Below are positions 34,957 to 44,387 of a stretch of 64,000 nt of DNA, in pieces. The stretch is taken from contig CAWAUV010000006.1 in the NCBI GenBank assembly GCA_963785305.1, positions 64,001-128,000 on the forward strand, written 5' to 3'. The translations under genes were made by a program, and so were the position numbers. Source of the DNA: an uncultured Planctomycetaceae bacterium. Its GTDB lineage: Bacteria; Planctomycetota; Planctomycetia; Pirellulales; PALSA-1355. The notes beneath the pieces are model-generated. The model did not search any database, had not been told where the DNA came from, and saw only the letters and a program-made list of their open reading frames with translations. Within the stretch, counting starts at the first letter, position 1. Every line of letters begins with the position of its first letter.

Positions 34957-35586
34957 TCAGCCCTGGCCGTTGGTCGTTGAACTCTCCGTAATCAGGCGGT
35001 AAATCCGGGTCTTTTTGTCGTGAGTGGCCTTTTTCTCCATTTTCAGGTTGTAGAGCGACGCGCTGATTGTCTTTTTCTCGCGAAGTGTCTCGGCTCCAAG
35101 CGTTGAATTCAATTGCATCGCCGTGAGCCCGTGGGGATGAGATTCGAGGGCCGCGCGGACCCTAGCCGCCATTGTCGGCCCTCCATGATCTGGCGGCTCG
35201 GTCGTTTTTTTTGCGCCACCAGCAGCCTTCGCTTTGAACTTCATTACGCCTTCGCGAGTGTGCTTCTTGATTCTCGATTGAACGAATTTGGAATAAAGCG
35301 CTCCGCGAACTTTGGTTTCTTCGATGCCAGTTTCCTTGGAAATTGTGCTTACGGACTTATATTCTCCGTCAATCGCAGCCAGAACCTTTTGGACAGTTGA
35401 TTCGTTGGCTAGCGTCGCGGCGCCGGGGGCTGCCGGCGTTTTTGGGGGCGGTTCATCCAGTGGCGGCGCAGCGGCCTTCCCCAGCAGTTCGGCAGCCAAT
35501 TCGTCCAAAGATTGGTGCTGCGCACGGTGCTTTTTGTCAACTTCCGCCCTCAGTTTGGCGATCAAACTCTTGATTTCTTCCGACAT
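34957..35586 (-). CDS. Basic hypothetical protein with probable tandem winged-helix domains
   Basis: VSTISKETGIEETKVRGALY and GLTAMQLNSTLG...ISASLYNL HTH-like segments; N-terminal coiled coil. Confidence 0.6.
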   Translation of the reverse strand: MSEEIKSLIAKLRAEVDKKHRAQHQSLDELAAELLGKAAAPPLDEPPPKTPAAPGAATLANESTVQKVLAAIDGEYKSVSTISKETGIEETKVRGALYSKFVQSRIKKHTREGVMKFKAKAAGGAKKTTEPPDHGGPTMAARVRAALESHPHGLTAMQLNSTLGAETLREKKTISASLYNLKMEKKATHDKKTRIYRLITESSTTNGQG

Positions 35587-35676
35587 TGCCCATTCCTCCC
35601 GGTGTGCGTATGCACACTAATCTATTGACTATCTGCGAAAAGGACGGTAAATTCCGTCTAGTAAGCCAAAAAAGTA

Positions 35677-35749
35677 TGCCGCCGGTGGGAATCGAACCCA
35701 CAACCGGGCCTTCGCGAAAGACCTGCTCGATCCGTTGAGCTACGACGGC
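35677..35749 (-). tRNA. Atypical tRNA-like gene, anticodon CGC (Ala-reading), no G3:U70, no encoded CCA
   Basis: Hand-folded 73-nt cloverleaf GCCGTCG TA GCTC AACGGATC GAGC A GGTCT TTCGCGA AGGCC CGGTT GTGGG TTCGATT CCCAC CGGCGGC A. Confidence 0.85.
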
Positions 35750-35769
35750 AACTTTTTTCGGTTTCATCT

Positions 35770-35815
35770 AGGCGAATGCGACACACCTTCCACGGAAGTC
35801 GCATTCGCCTTTTTT
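35770..35815 (+). terminator. Strong hairpin with T-tract (also lies in the 5' leader of the minus-strand tRNA transcript)
   Basis: AGGCGAATGCGAC / GTCGCATTCGCCT 13-bp stem followed by a T run. Confidence 0.65.
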
Positions 35816-35828
35816 CGTTTGCATCCGC

Positions 35829-35856
35829 AGTCTATCCGTTTGTCAAGCGGTGTCAA
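35829..35856 (-). promoter_or_regulatory. Sigma70-like promoter for the tRNA(CGC)-wHTH-MTase direction
   Basis: TTGACA-N16-TAGACT on the minus strand; a second TTGACA lies in the spacer (CTTGACA repeated at 10-bp pitch, possible operator). Confidence 0.65.
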
Positions 35857-35995
35857 GCGAGTGAATCGCAAAAGTGAAACGCATCGTTTCATTCTTGTGG
35901 ATTCGTCAATTGAGAGTGAACCCGCATCCGCCGCCGCCGCTCGTCTCTTGTATGAGCGCTATCGCATACCCTTGGCGACGCCGCATTTCCATCTT

Positions 35996-36087
35996 GGAAA
36001 GCGGCCCGCGATTTGGCATCGCAGCGGACTTATAACCCGCGATAGGGTACGGATTTACGCCGTTGGGTTCGATTCCCCCTCTTTCCG
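35996..36087 (+). tRNA. Allo-tRNA-like gene (9/3 fold, long variable arm, anticodon UAU, G73)
   Basis: Acceptor GGAAAGCGG/CCTCTTTCC; D-stem GCGAT/ATCGC; anticodon arm GCGGA CTTATAA CCCGC; 24-nt variable region; T-arm GGG TTCGATT CCC. Confidence 0.75.
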
Positions 36088-36291
36088 CTCATTTGTGCGT
36101 CGATAGGCTCTCGCAAGCCTGCGAATAGCCTCCGTGACAGCCGCCGAGCGATTCCATCCTTTGTGATCTGCCAATGCGTCAAGTTGGCTCACCAGTGACT
36201 TTGGAACCGTTACAGAGATCAACATTGTGGGGCCGTCGGGGCCTATTTTTCTCCCGGAACCGGGTCTACTGCCGCCGTGTTTTGCTGACAT
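36055..36291 (-). CDS. Ribbon-helix-helix (CopG-like) regulator
   Basis: GGSRPGSGRK basic motif, then ISVTVPKSLVSQLDALA...NRSAAVTEAIRRL. Confidence 0.8.
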   Translation of the reverse strand: MSAKHGGSRPGSGRKIGPDGPTMLISVTVPKSLVSQLDALADHKGWNRSAAVTEAIRRLARAYRRTNERKEGESNPTA

Positions 36292-36324
36292 TTTGGCACC
36301 TTGAAAAAACTATATTAAACCATA

Positions 36325-36352
36325 TTGACTCGCCACAATGATTTAGTATAAT
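36325..36352 (+). promoter_or_regulatory. Sigma70-like transposase promoter
   Basis: TTGACT-N16-TATAAT. Confidence 0.7.
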
Positions 36353-36501
36353 GAATCCAAGTTGGTACGGCAATGCCAACGAAAAAACCCCAAAGCCGCC
36401 CGGCAAGGCAGCAATGGGGCTGAGAACAAAACCAGGCTTTCGCCCAATCCCGTCCAGACAAACGGATTGTAGCGGAAGCCGCCGAAAAAAGCGACTCCGC
36501 C

Positions 36502-37532
36502 ATGATGATGATAGCTTGTGCCCACTCCGAATTCCGAACCAACGGCAAGGATCGCCACGGCAACCAGCGGTTCCGCTGCCGAATGTGCGGCAAGACTTGG
36601 GTGGAAGTGAAGCCGGCCAAGCCGCTTGGCAATATGTATACCGAAGTTGCCGACGCCAAGCTGGCCCTGCGATTGCTGACGGAAGGAATGTCGATCCGCG
36701 CCACCGAGCGCACGACCGGCATCAACCGCAACACCCTTTGCAAGCTGATCGTGGTCTTCGGCGACGCCTGCAAGCGTTTCCTCGATAAGAAAATGCGCGG
36801 GCTGACCCTAGAGCATTTGCAGTTCGATGAGCAGTGGACCTACGTTGCCAAAAAGCAAAGCCGGCTGACGATGAACGAACGCGCCGAGTCGAGCGAGATT
36901 GGCGACATTTACCTTTGGACGTGCATCGACCAGCGCACGAAGTTGATGCCCGGCTTCCGGCTCGGCAAGCGCTCGGCCGACAACGCACGTCGGTTTCTGT
37001 CGGACATTGCCGAGCGGCTTGTGTTCCCCAATTCGCACGCCAGCGATGCCCACAGCTTCCAGGTCGGCGGCTACCGGCCCATCGTGCAGATTTCGACGGA
37101 CGGTTTCGCGGCTTACCCCGAGGCGGTCGATCTGGCGTTTGGTCCCTACGCGAAGTTCGGGACGATCATAAAGGAATACCGCAACGCCAGCATCATCTAC
37201 ACGCCGTCGGAAATGGTCGGCACGCAGCGCACGGGCGCCGTGGCATGGAAGACCGGGAACTGCGGACGATATGCACGTCGCACGTCGAGCGGCTGAACGG
37301 CACGCAGCGCCTGTTTATGAAGCGGCTCAACCGGCTGACCTACTGTTTCTCGAAAAAGCTACGCAACCTAGAGGCGGCTTTCGCGATGTTCGCCGCGTAC
37401 TACAATTTCTGCTGGCAAACCCGGCTGCCCGGCAAGAGCGGGAAGAAACGGCCCAGCGCGGCGATGATGGCCAAGATCGCGGGCCATGTCTGGTCGTTCG
37501 ATGAACTTTTCGACGCCGTACTCGCAACTTGA
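36502..37532 (+). CDS. IS1-family transposase (frameshift near 37235)
   Basis: Zn ribbon (NGKDRHGNQRFRCRMCGK), HTH (SIRATERTTGINRNT), DDE motifs FDEQW / STDGF / TSHVERLN, RLTYCFSKK. Confidence 0.92.
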
Positions 37533-37565
37533 TTTGCAGCTGGGCGCCGACCCCCCCTATAATGC

Positions 37566-37597
37566 GAAAAGCCGCCGGTTGACGCCGACGGCTTTTC
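37566..37597 (+). terminator. Bidirectional intrinsic terminator after the transposase
   Basis: GAAAAGCCG...CGGCTTTTC inverted repeat. Confidence 0.65.
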
Positions 37598-37683
37598 AAA
37601 GCTTTGAGCCGGTAGGCCCATGCTGGTGTGACAACCGCATGATACGCCTGCCGGCTCGTTTTTTCAAGCCGGGAGGGCGCATC

Positions 37684-38326
37684 ATGCCCAATAAAGTTAG
37701 ATGCAAGCAATGCGGATTTTTGACGGTTGTGAATGCCAAGACGAGAGAATTAGTAAGCGCCGAAATTGCACTGAGGGAGCTTGGGCGATTGCCGGGCGAC
37801 GGCAAATTCTACATTTACGATGAGCGGCCCCTGTGTTTTGTATTGGCAGCAGACATCCCGGCCGAAATGGGGCAGCACCCGGATGACTCCACGAGGATGG
37901 TTGCCGTTTCTCGTGTGCGTGAATGCGACAAATTAGTTCCGTGGCGTCAGGGTTTCACGCCAAAGGAGCATCAAGAAATGATCGACCGACAGCTATCAGA
38001 ATGCTCGCGAGGCGAAACGCGACGCAGACAATCGAGAGTGGCAGGAACGGCAAGTTAAATCTGACCACGACTGGAGAGAGAGGCAAGCCAAGGATGATCG
38101 CGATTGGAAAAAGGACGAGCGCCGGCGTGGGTATCTTGAACTGCTTAGCATTATCGTCTTAGCGCCGTTGACGACTTGGATGCTATCGCGAGCGGATAGC
38201 CATACTGTCCCGGCGCCGGAACCGGCGGCTATCACGCAGCAACAAGGTGGCCCTGAACCCGCGCAAGCCGCGACTCAACTTCCGGCCCCCGTCCAGAAAC
38301 CAGCAAATGATCCGGCGTCACCCTGA
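37684..38326 (+). CDS. Passenger hypothetical protein: CxxC domain, charged coiled coil, C-terminal TM (frameshift near 37998)
   Basis: MPNKVRCKQCGFL...; shifted frame EWQERQVKSDHDWRERQAKDDRDWKK...LLSIIVLAPLTTWML to TGA at 38326. Confidence 0.55.
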
Positions 38327-38445
38327 GTATCCTGGCGGCCGGTTTTCCCAGCAACACAGATTTGGGACACTACCCCGCACACAGATTTAAGACACTACCG
38401 ATTTTCGGGGCGGGTTGTCATCGAGCGGCTGGCCGATCATGCTAT

Positions 38446-38522
38446 GAGCCTATCCGAGAACCGCCGCGAGCCCTCGCCCTACCCGGTCCCCAATGGGAAC
38501 AGGGGCGCTGTCGGATAAGCTC
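38446..38522. repeat. REP-containing miniature inverted-repeat element, copy C
   Basis: GAGCCTATCCGA...TCGGATAAGCTC ends; GAGCCCTCGCCCTACCC core. Confidence 0.75.
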
Positions 38523-38590
38523 CAGGGCGGCGGCTTGGGCGGACCGCATTGTTTATTGCCATCGCCTGCTCGAAAGGATCGGCCTCGGTC

Positions 38591-39310
38591 ATGGATATTC
38601 TGGTTATCGATGTCGGCGGAACACACATCAAGGTTTTGGTGTCGACGGCCGACGCGTCGCGCAAGTTTCCATCGGGTCCGACGATGACCCCCGAGCAGAT
38701 GGTCGCGGGCGTCAAGGAAGCGACCAAGGATTGGAAATACGAAGTCATCTCGATGGGGTATCCTGGCCCGGTGCTGCACCATCACCCCGTGGCCGATCCG
38801 GCCAACATGGGCAAGGGTTGGGTGGGCTTCGATTTCGAAAAAGCGTTTGGTCTACCGATCAAGATCATCAACGACGCCGCGATGCAAGCCTTGGGCAGCT
38901 ACGATGGCGGCCGGATGCTCTTTCTAGGATTCGGCACGGGGCTCGGCTCGGCGCTCATAGCCGACGGCATGCTTCAGCCGATGGAGCTCGGCCACCTGCC
39001 TTATCGCAAAGGCACGTTCGAAGACTATGTCGGCATTCGCGGACTTCTGCGTCTCGGCAAGAAGAAGTGGCGCAAGCGCGTGGCCGATGTGATCGAGCGC
39101 ATGTCGAACGCGCTCGAAGTCGATTATGTCGTGCTGGGCGGCGGCAACGCGGAATTGCTTAAAGAACTTCCGCCCAAATGCCGCAAGGGCGCCAACGCCA
39201 ATGCGTTTGTCGGCGGTTTTCGCCTCTGGAACGAGGTCAACAAGTCCTCGGTCGCCATTCCCGACGATCAGGCGATTCCCATCTCCGGGCCAGCGCCGGG
39301 CAAAAACTGA
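38591..39310 (+). CDS. ROK family sugar kinase (polyphosphate glucokinase-like)
   Basis: IDVGGTHIK, INDAAMQALG, LGFGTGLGS, MELGHL. Confidence 0.9.
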   Translation: MDILVIDVGGTHIKVLVSTADASRKFPSGPTMTPEQMVAGVKEATKDWKYEVISMGYPGPVLHHHPVADPANMGKGWVGFDFEKAFGLPIKIINDAAMQALGSYDGGRMLFLGFGTGLGSALIADGMLQPMELGHLPYRKGTFEDYVGIRGLLRLGKKKWRKRVADVIERMSNALEVDYVVLGGGNAELLKELPPKCRKGANANAFVGGFRLWNEVNKSSVAIPDDQAIPISGPAPGKN

Positions 39311-39459
39311 TCTCCCGCGGCGCCGCTTGCGCCGATTGTTGCGGCATTGCAAGGAAGTCGCCCTGGAATCGGGTGCTAGAATTCCCATAGCCGCGCGCCG
39401 CCGGCGCCTTGCCCCGTTGGCTTTTTCCCAGAAGCCGCCCGCCCCAGGAATAACCAATC

Positions 39460-42096
39460 GTGCCACTGAACCCCGAAGCCGAACGATTGGCCGCGGCCGA
39501 CGCGCCCGGCCTGAACTGGAGACTTTGGGGACCCTATCTCTCCGAGCGGCAGTGGGCCACGGTGCGCGAGGACTACAGCGAAGACGGCGACGCCTGGAGA
39601 TATTTTCCCCACGACATGGCACGGCGCCGCGCCTATCGCTGGGGCGAGGACGGGATCGCCGGCTTCTCCGATGAACGCGCGCGGTTGTGCCTGGCGATCG
39701 GTCTTTGGAACCATCAAGATCGCTTCCTCAAGGAGCGGCTGTTCGGCCTCACCGGCCCGCAAGGCAACCACGGCGAGGATGTCAAGGAGCTCTACTACTA
39801 TCTCGACGCCACCCCGACCCATTCCTATCTGCGAATGCTCTATAAGTATCCGCAAAGCGAATTTCCCTACGAGCGACTCGTCGAGGAAAACGGTCGCCGC
39901 ACGCGCCAGGACCCCGAGTTCGAACTGATCGACACCGGCGCGTTCGACGAAAACCGCTACTTCGATGTGTTCGTCGAATACGCCAAGGCCGGGCCCGACG
40001 ATATCTTGATGCGCGTGATGGCCTACAATCGCGGTCCGGAAGCCGCCCCGCTCGACCTGCTCTTGCAACTTTGGTTTCGCAATACGTGGAGTTGGACAAA
40101 CCTGACTTCCACCCGGCCGGCGCTCGTCGGCGCAGACTCGGCTTGCATTATCGCCGACGAGCCCGATCTGGGCCGATATTACGCCTATCTCGAAAACGCC
40201 GACGAACTCTTGTTTTGCGAGAACGAAACCAATGGCGAGGTGTTTGGCCTCGCGCGCACCGGATATCCCAAGGACTCGTTTCACGATTATGTGGTCGAGG
40301 GCCGAAGGGGCGCGATCAATCCCGCGCGGCGGGGAACCAAGTCGGCGGCCCGGTTTCGGTGGCTGATCGCGCCGGGTGAAAGCTGCGTGGCGCGCCTACG
40401 GCTCTGCCGCGCCGCGCTGGATCGACCCTGCGAGGACTTCGACCATGTGCTCGCCGAGCGCCGCGGCGAAGCCGATGCATTCTACGACGACCTGCAACAG
40501 GGCCTCGTCGATCCGGAGCTGCGCGGCGTGCAGCGGCAAGCGTTGGCCGGCATGATCTGGAGCAAGCAGTTTTACAATTACAATATTCGCAAATGGGTGG
40601 CCGGCGATTCGGCCCAGCCGCCTCCGCCCGGCGATCGTCGCCACGGCCGCAACGCCAACTGGCGGCACCTCAACAATCGCGAGGTGCTGTCGATGCCCGA
40701 CAAATGGGAATATCCCTGGTATGCGGCCTGGGACCTCGCGTTTCATTGCGTGCCGCTGGCGCTGGTCGACGCCGCCTTCGCCAAGCAGCAACTCACGCTG
40801 CTGATGCGCGAGTGGTACATGCACCCCAATGGCGAATTGCCCGCCTATGAATGGAACTTCGGCGATGTCAATCCGCCGGTGCATGCCTGGGCCGCCTATC
40901 GCGTGTTTCAGATCGATCGCAAGCGCAACGGCGGCGCCGGCGACTTCGATTTTCTCAAGCGCGTGTTCCACAAACTGCTGCTCAACTTCACCTGGTGGGT
41001 GAATCGCAAGGACGTCGATGGCCGCAACGTGTTTCAAGGCGGTTTTCTCGGGCTCGACAACATCGGCGTCTTCGACCGCAACCACAAACTGCCCGATGGC
41101 GGCTTTCTGACACAGGCCGATGGCACGAGCTGGATGGCGATGTATTCGCTTAATCTGCTCCGCATCGCGCTCGAACTGGCGCTGGTCGATCCGGTGTACG
41201 AGGACATCGCCAGCAAGTTCTTCGAGCACTTTCTCGAAATCGCCGACGCCATCAACAACGTCACCGAGGACGGATTCGGACTCTGGGACGAGGAAGACGG
41301 CTTCTATTACGACAAAATGCACTTGGCCGATGGGCGCAAGCAAGTGATGCGCGTGCGGTCGATGGTCGGCCTCATCCCCCTGTTCGCTGTCGAGACCCTC
41401 GAGCCCGAAATGCTCGAGCAATTGCCGAATTTCCGCGATCGGCTGAACTGGTATCTGGAGAATCGGCCGAAACGCGCCTTGCAAGTCTCGCGCTGGAACG
41501 AGCCCGGCCGCGGCGAACGCCGACTCCTCAGCCTCTTGCGCGGGCATCGCATGAAACTGCTGCTCAAGCGGATGCTCGACCCGGGAGAGTTCCTTTCCGA
41601 CCACGGAGTGCGAGCCCTTTCGCGATACCACCGCGAGCATCCCTTCGAATTCCACTGCGACGACACGACGCTTTCGGTCGATTATGAACCGGCCGAAAGC
41701 CAATCGAATCTGTTCGGTGGCAACTCGAATTGGCGCGGGCCGATCTGGTTTCCGGTCAATTTCCTGATCGTCGAATCGTTGCAGAAATTCCATCACTACT
41801 ACGGCGATGATTTCAAGGTCGAATGCCCGACCGGCTCGGGCCAATATCTGACGCTGGACCAGATCGCCAAGGAAATCTCGCGCCGGCTTTGCAGCCTATT
41901 TCTGCCCGACACGAATGGGCGCCGGCCGATGTATAACGGCAGTCCGCGCGAGCAGCGCGATCCGCATTTCCGCGATCTTGTGCTGTTCCATGAATACTTC
42001 GACGGCGACACCGGCCGCGGGCTGGGCGCCTCGCATCAAACCGGCTGGACCGGAGTCGTGGCCAAGCTGATTCAGCCGCGGCGCTCGGAGCATTGA
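39460..42096 (+). CDS. GH63 / MGH1-like glycoside hydrolase
   Basis: WGPYLSERQW, MPDKWEYPWYAAWDLAFH, NSNWRGPIW, GASHQTGWT. Confidence 0.93.
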   Translation: MPLNPEAERLAAADAPGLNWRLWGPYLSERQWATVREDYSEDGDAWRYFPHDMARRRAYRWGEDGIAGFSDERARLCLAIGLWNHQDRFLKERLFGLTGPQGNHGEDVKELYYYLDATPTHSYLRMLYKYPQSEFPYERLVEENGRRTRQDPEFELIDTGAFDENRYFDVFVEYAKAGPDDILMRVMAYNRGPEAAPLDLLLQLWFRNTWSWTNLTSTRPALVGADSACIIADEPDLGRYYAYLENADELLFCENETNGEVFGLARTGYPKDSFHDYVVEGRRGAINPARRGTKSAARFRWLIAPGESCVARLRLCRAALDRPCEDFDHVLAERRGEADAFYDDLQQGLVDPELRGVQRQALAGMIWSKQFYNYNIRKWVAGDSAQPPPPGDRRHGRNANWRHLNNREVLSMPDKWEYPWYAAWDLAFHCVPLALVDAAFAKQQLTLLMREWYMHPNGELPAYEWNFGDVNPPVHAWAAYRVFQIDRKRNGGAGDFDFLKRVFHKLLLNFTWWVNRKDVDGRNVFQGGFLGLDNIGVFDRNHKLPDGGFLTQADGTSWMAMYSLNLLRIALELALVDPVYEDIASKFFEHFLEIADAINNVTEDGFGLWDEEDGFYYDKMHLADGRKQVMRVRSMVGLIPLFAVETLEPEMLEQLPNFRDRLNWYLENRPKRALQVSRWNEPGRGERRLLSLLRGHRMKLLLKRMLDPGEFLSDHGVRALSRYHREHPFEFHCDDTTLSVDYEPAESQSNLFGGNSNWRGPIWFPVNFLIVESLQKFHHYYGDDFKVECPTGSGQYLTLDQIAKEISRRLCSLFLPDTNGRRPMYNGSPREQRDPHFRDLVLFHEYFDGDTGRGLGASHQTGWTGVVAKLIQPRRSEH

Positions 42097-42248
42097 GCGC
42101 GGCGCTCGCGGACAGGTTCGATTTGGCTTGCGCGGTCGGCTGAAAATTGCTGGACCCCGGCCGCCGCGCCGTACTATCATGGCGGCGCGGTTTCGCCCGA
42201 TTCGCCGGTCCAAGTATCTTGCCTCCCCGACTCGAAGGGCCCCTCCCC

Positions 42249-44062
42249 ATGATTCGCGCCTCGGCCATTCTGTTTGCATGGGTCGCATTCCTATTTCCGG
42301 CGGCGTTTTCCGGCGCCGTGTTCGCTGCCGACGCTCCGGCGCCGACCCCGCCCAAGGGCGAGTTGCTCAAGCACACGTTCAAATCAAGCAAGATATTCCC
42401 CGGCACGACGCGCGATTACACGATCTATGTGCCTCGCCAATACGACCCGGCCAAGCCGGCTTGCGTGCATGTGAATCAGGACGGGGTGCAGTTCAAGGCG
42501 CCCGAGGTATTCGACCAACTCATTGCAGCCGGCGAAATGCCGATCACGATCGGCGTGTTCGTCACTCCCGGCCGCGTGCCCGCGCCGGGGCCCGGCGCGC
42601 TCGATCGCTTCAATCGCAGCTATGAGTACGACGGTCTGGGCGACGCCTACGCGCGCTTTGTGCTCGACGAGCTGCTGCCCGAAGTCGAAACCAAGTCGAC
42701 TTCCGATGGCCGCGCGATCCATCTTTCGCACGATGGCAATGATCGTTCGATCGGCGGTTCGAGCAGCGGCGCGGTGTGCGCCTTTACCGCCGCCTGGGAA
42801 CGGCCCGACGCGTTTCGCCGCGTGTTCAGCGCCATCGGCACCTATGTCGGCCTGCGCGGGGCAAACGCGTATCCCACGCTGATTCGCAAAATGGAGCCGA
42901 AGCCGCTTCGCGTGTTTCTCCAAGACGGCAGCGGCGACCTGAACATCTATGGCGGCGATTGGTGGATGGCCAACCAGGAGATGGAGCGGGCCTTGGCCTT
43001 TGCCGGCTACGAAGTGGCCCACGCTTGGGGCGACGGCGGCCACAACGGCAAGCATGCCACCGAAATCTTTGCCGACGCGATGCGCTGGCTTTGGAAAGAT
43101 TGGCCCAAGCGGATTCAAACCGGCGCCGGCTCGCCGCAGATGAAGGAAATCGCCCTGCCTGGCGAAGATTGGAAGCCGATCGAGGGCGATTACAAATCGG
43201 CCCAATCGCTCGCGGTGAATCCGAAGGGCGAGGTTGTTTTTTATGACCCCGCGCAAAAGAAAAATTGGAAGTGGGGAATCGAAGGGCATGTGTCCGCCGA
43301 GGCTGGTTCGGCGCCGGTGGGAGCGCAGGCGTTCGCGACCGATGGTTCCCTGATGGCGCGATTGAAGCAAGGCCCGGGCTCCAATCGATTTCGCCCAGCG
43401 GCGATACCCGCGACTTCGCCGGCGATCTAAGGGCCGAACGTCTCTTGGTTCTCTCGGGCGGAGATGTTTTAGCGACAACCGCGGGCCCGCCCTGGTTTGT
43501 CGTGTCCGACATCGCGCGAACCACGGTCGCCGGTCCCGCGCGCATGTTGGTATCGCTCGCCGCGATTCGATCGGGCGGTATTGTCTGTTCGCCCGATCAT
43601 TCGCTTCTGTATGTATCCGACCGCGCAACCCACTGGGTATATAGCTATCAGTTCCAGGCCGATGGCTCGCTCGCCTTCGGCCAACGCTATTATCACTTGC
43701 ATGCTCCCGACTCCGCCGACAATGCCGGCGCCGGCGCCCTGCGGGTCGATCGCGATGGCCGGCTCTATGTCGCCACGCGAATGGGGATTCAGGTCTGCGA
43801 TCAGGCCGGGAGAGTGAATGTGATCTTGCCGCTCCCTCGCGCGCCGCTAACGCCGGAATCTTTCTCAATGGAGGCCGATTGGCGCAATTCCACGGCGAGC
43901 GATCCAGCGAGCCACGCCCCGTCGCCGGAAGTCGAGTTCGGCGGGGCCGAGTTCGACACGCTGATCGCCACCGACGGCCATCGCCTTTACCAGCGGAAGC
44001 TCAAGGTTCGCGGCGCCCCGGCTTTCGAACCCGCTCACAAGCCCGCCGCGCCAAAGCTTTGA
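42249..44062 (+). CDS. Esterase + SMP-30/gluconolactonase fusion (frameshift near 43375)
   Basis: FNRSYEYD and GSSSG nucleophile elbow; C-terminal VDRDGRLYVATRMGIQVCDQAGRV. Confidence 0.8.
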
Positions 44063-44387
44063 TCTCCGGCTGGCGCCAGCAGCGAATGCGCGCGGTGTTT
44101 TCCTAGCAAACTTGCTCTCGCAAGGATTGCGGGCTTGGCGTATGATCCGCCCGCGTTCCGGGAAGAGGTTTCATGCTAGCGGGGCGCCGCCGTCTCGCGT
44201 CGCTTCCTGGAGCGCGCTCGCCGAAAAGGGCGAACGTGGCCGGCGCTTTCTTGGCGAGAATCACGTCAAGAATTGCCCGCCACGATAGGCCGAGCGACTG
44301 GAAAAAGCTTCATCGGTCCGCCCAAGCACCACGCTGCTGGGCCGCCTGATCGCAATCGCAAAGCCCGTCAAGGAGGACGGAACCAAC

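Larger units (their letters stand above)
33079..38399. mobile_element. IS1-family transposon carrying passenger genes, 5321 bp
   Basis: 23-bp perfect IRs GGTAGTGTCTTAAATCTGTGTGC (33079-33101, 38377-38399); 8-bp TSD GATTTTCG; interior visibly more AT-rich than the flanks. Confidence 0.93.

Noticed and set aside
35996..36087. tRNA-Sec (selC)
   Set aside because: The anticodon is UAU rather than UCA, the branch is 9/3 rather than 8/5, and no sel genes are nearby.
35537..36106. ORFs 35537-35767 and 35735-36106
   Set aside because: They overlap tRNA-like genes, hairpins and promoters and show no protein-like features.
40396..41844. Long antisense or alternative-frame ORFs (this one and many like it)
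   Set aside because: Shadow ORFs expected opposite real genes in high-GC DNA.
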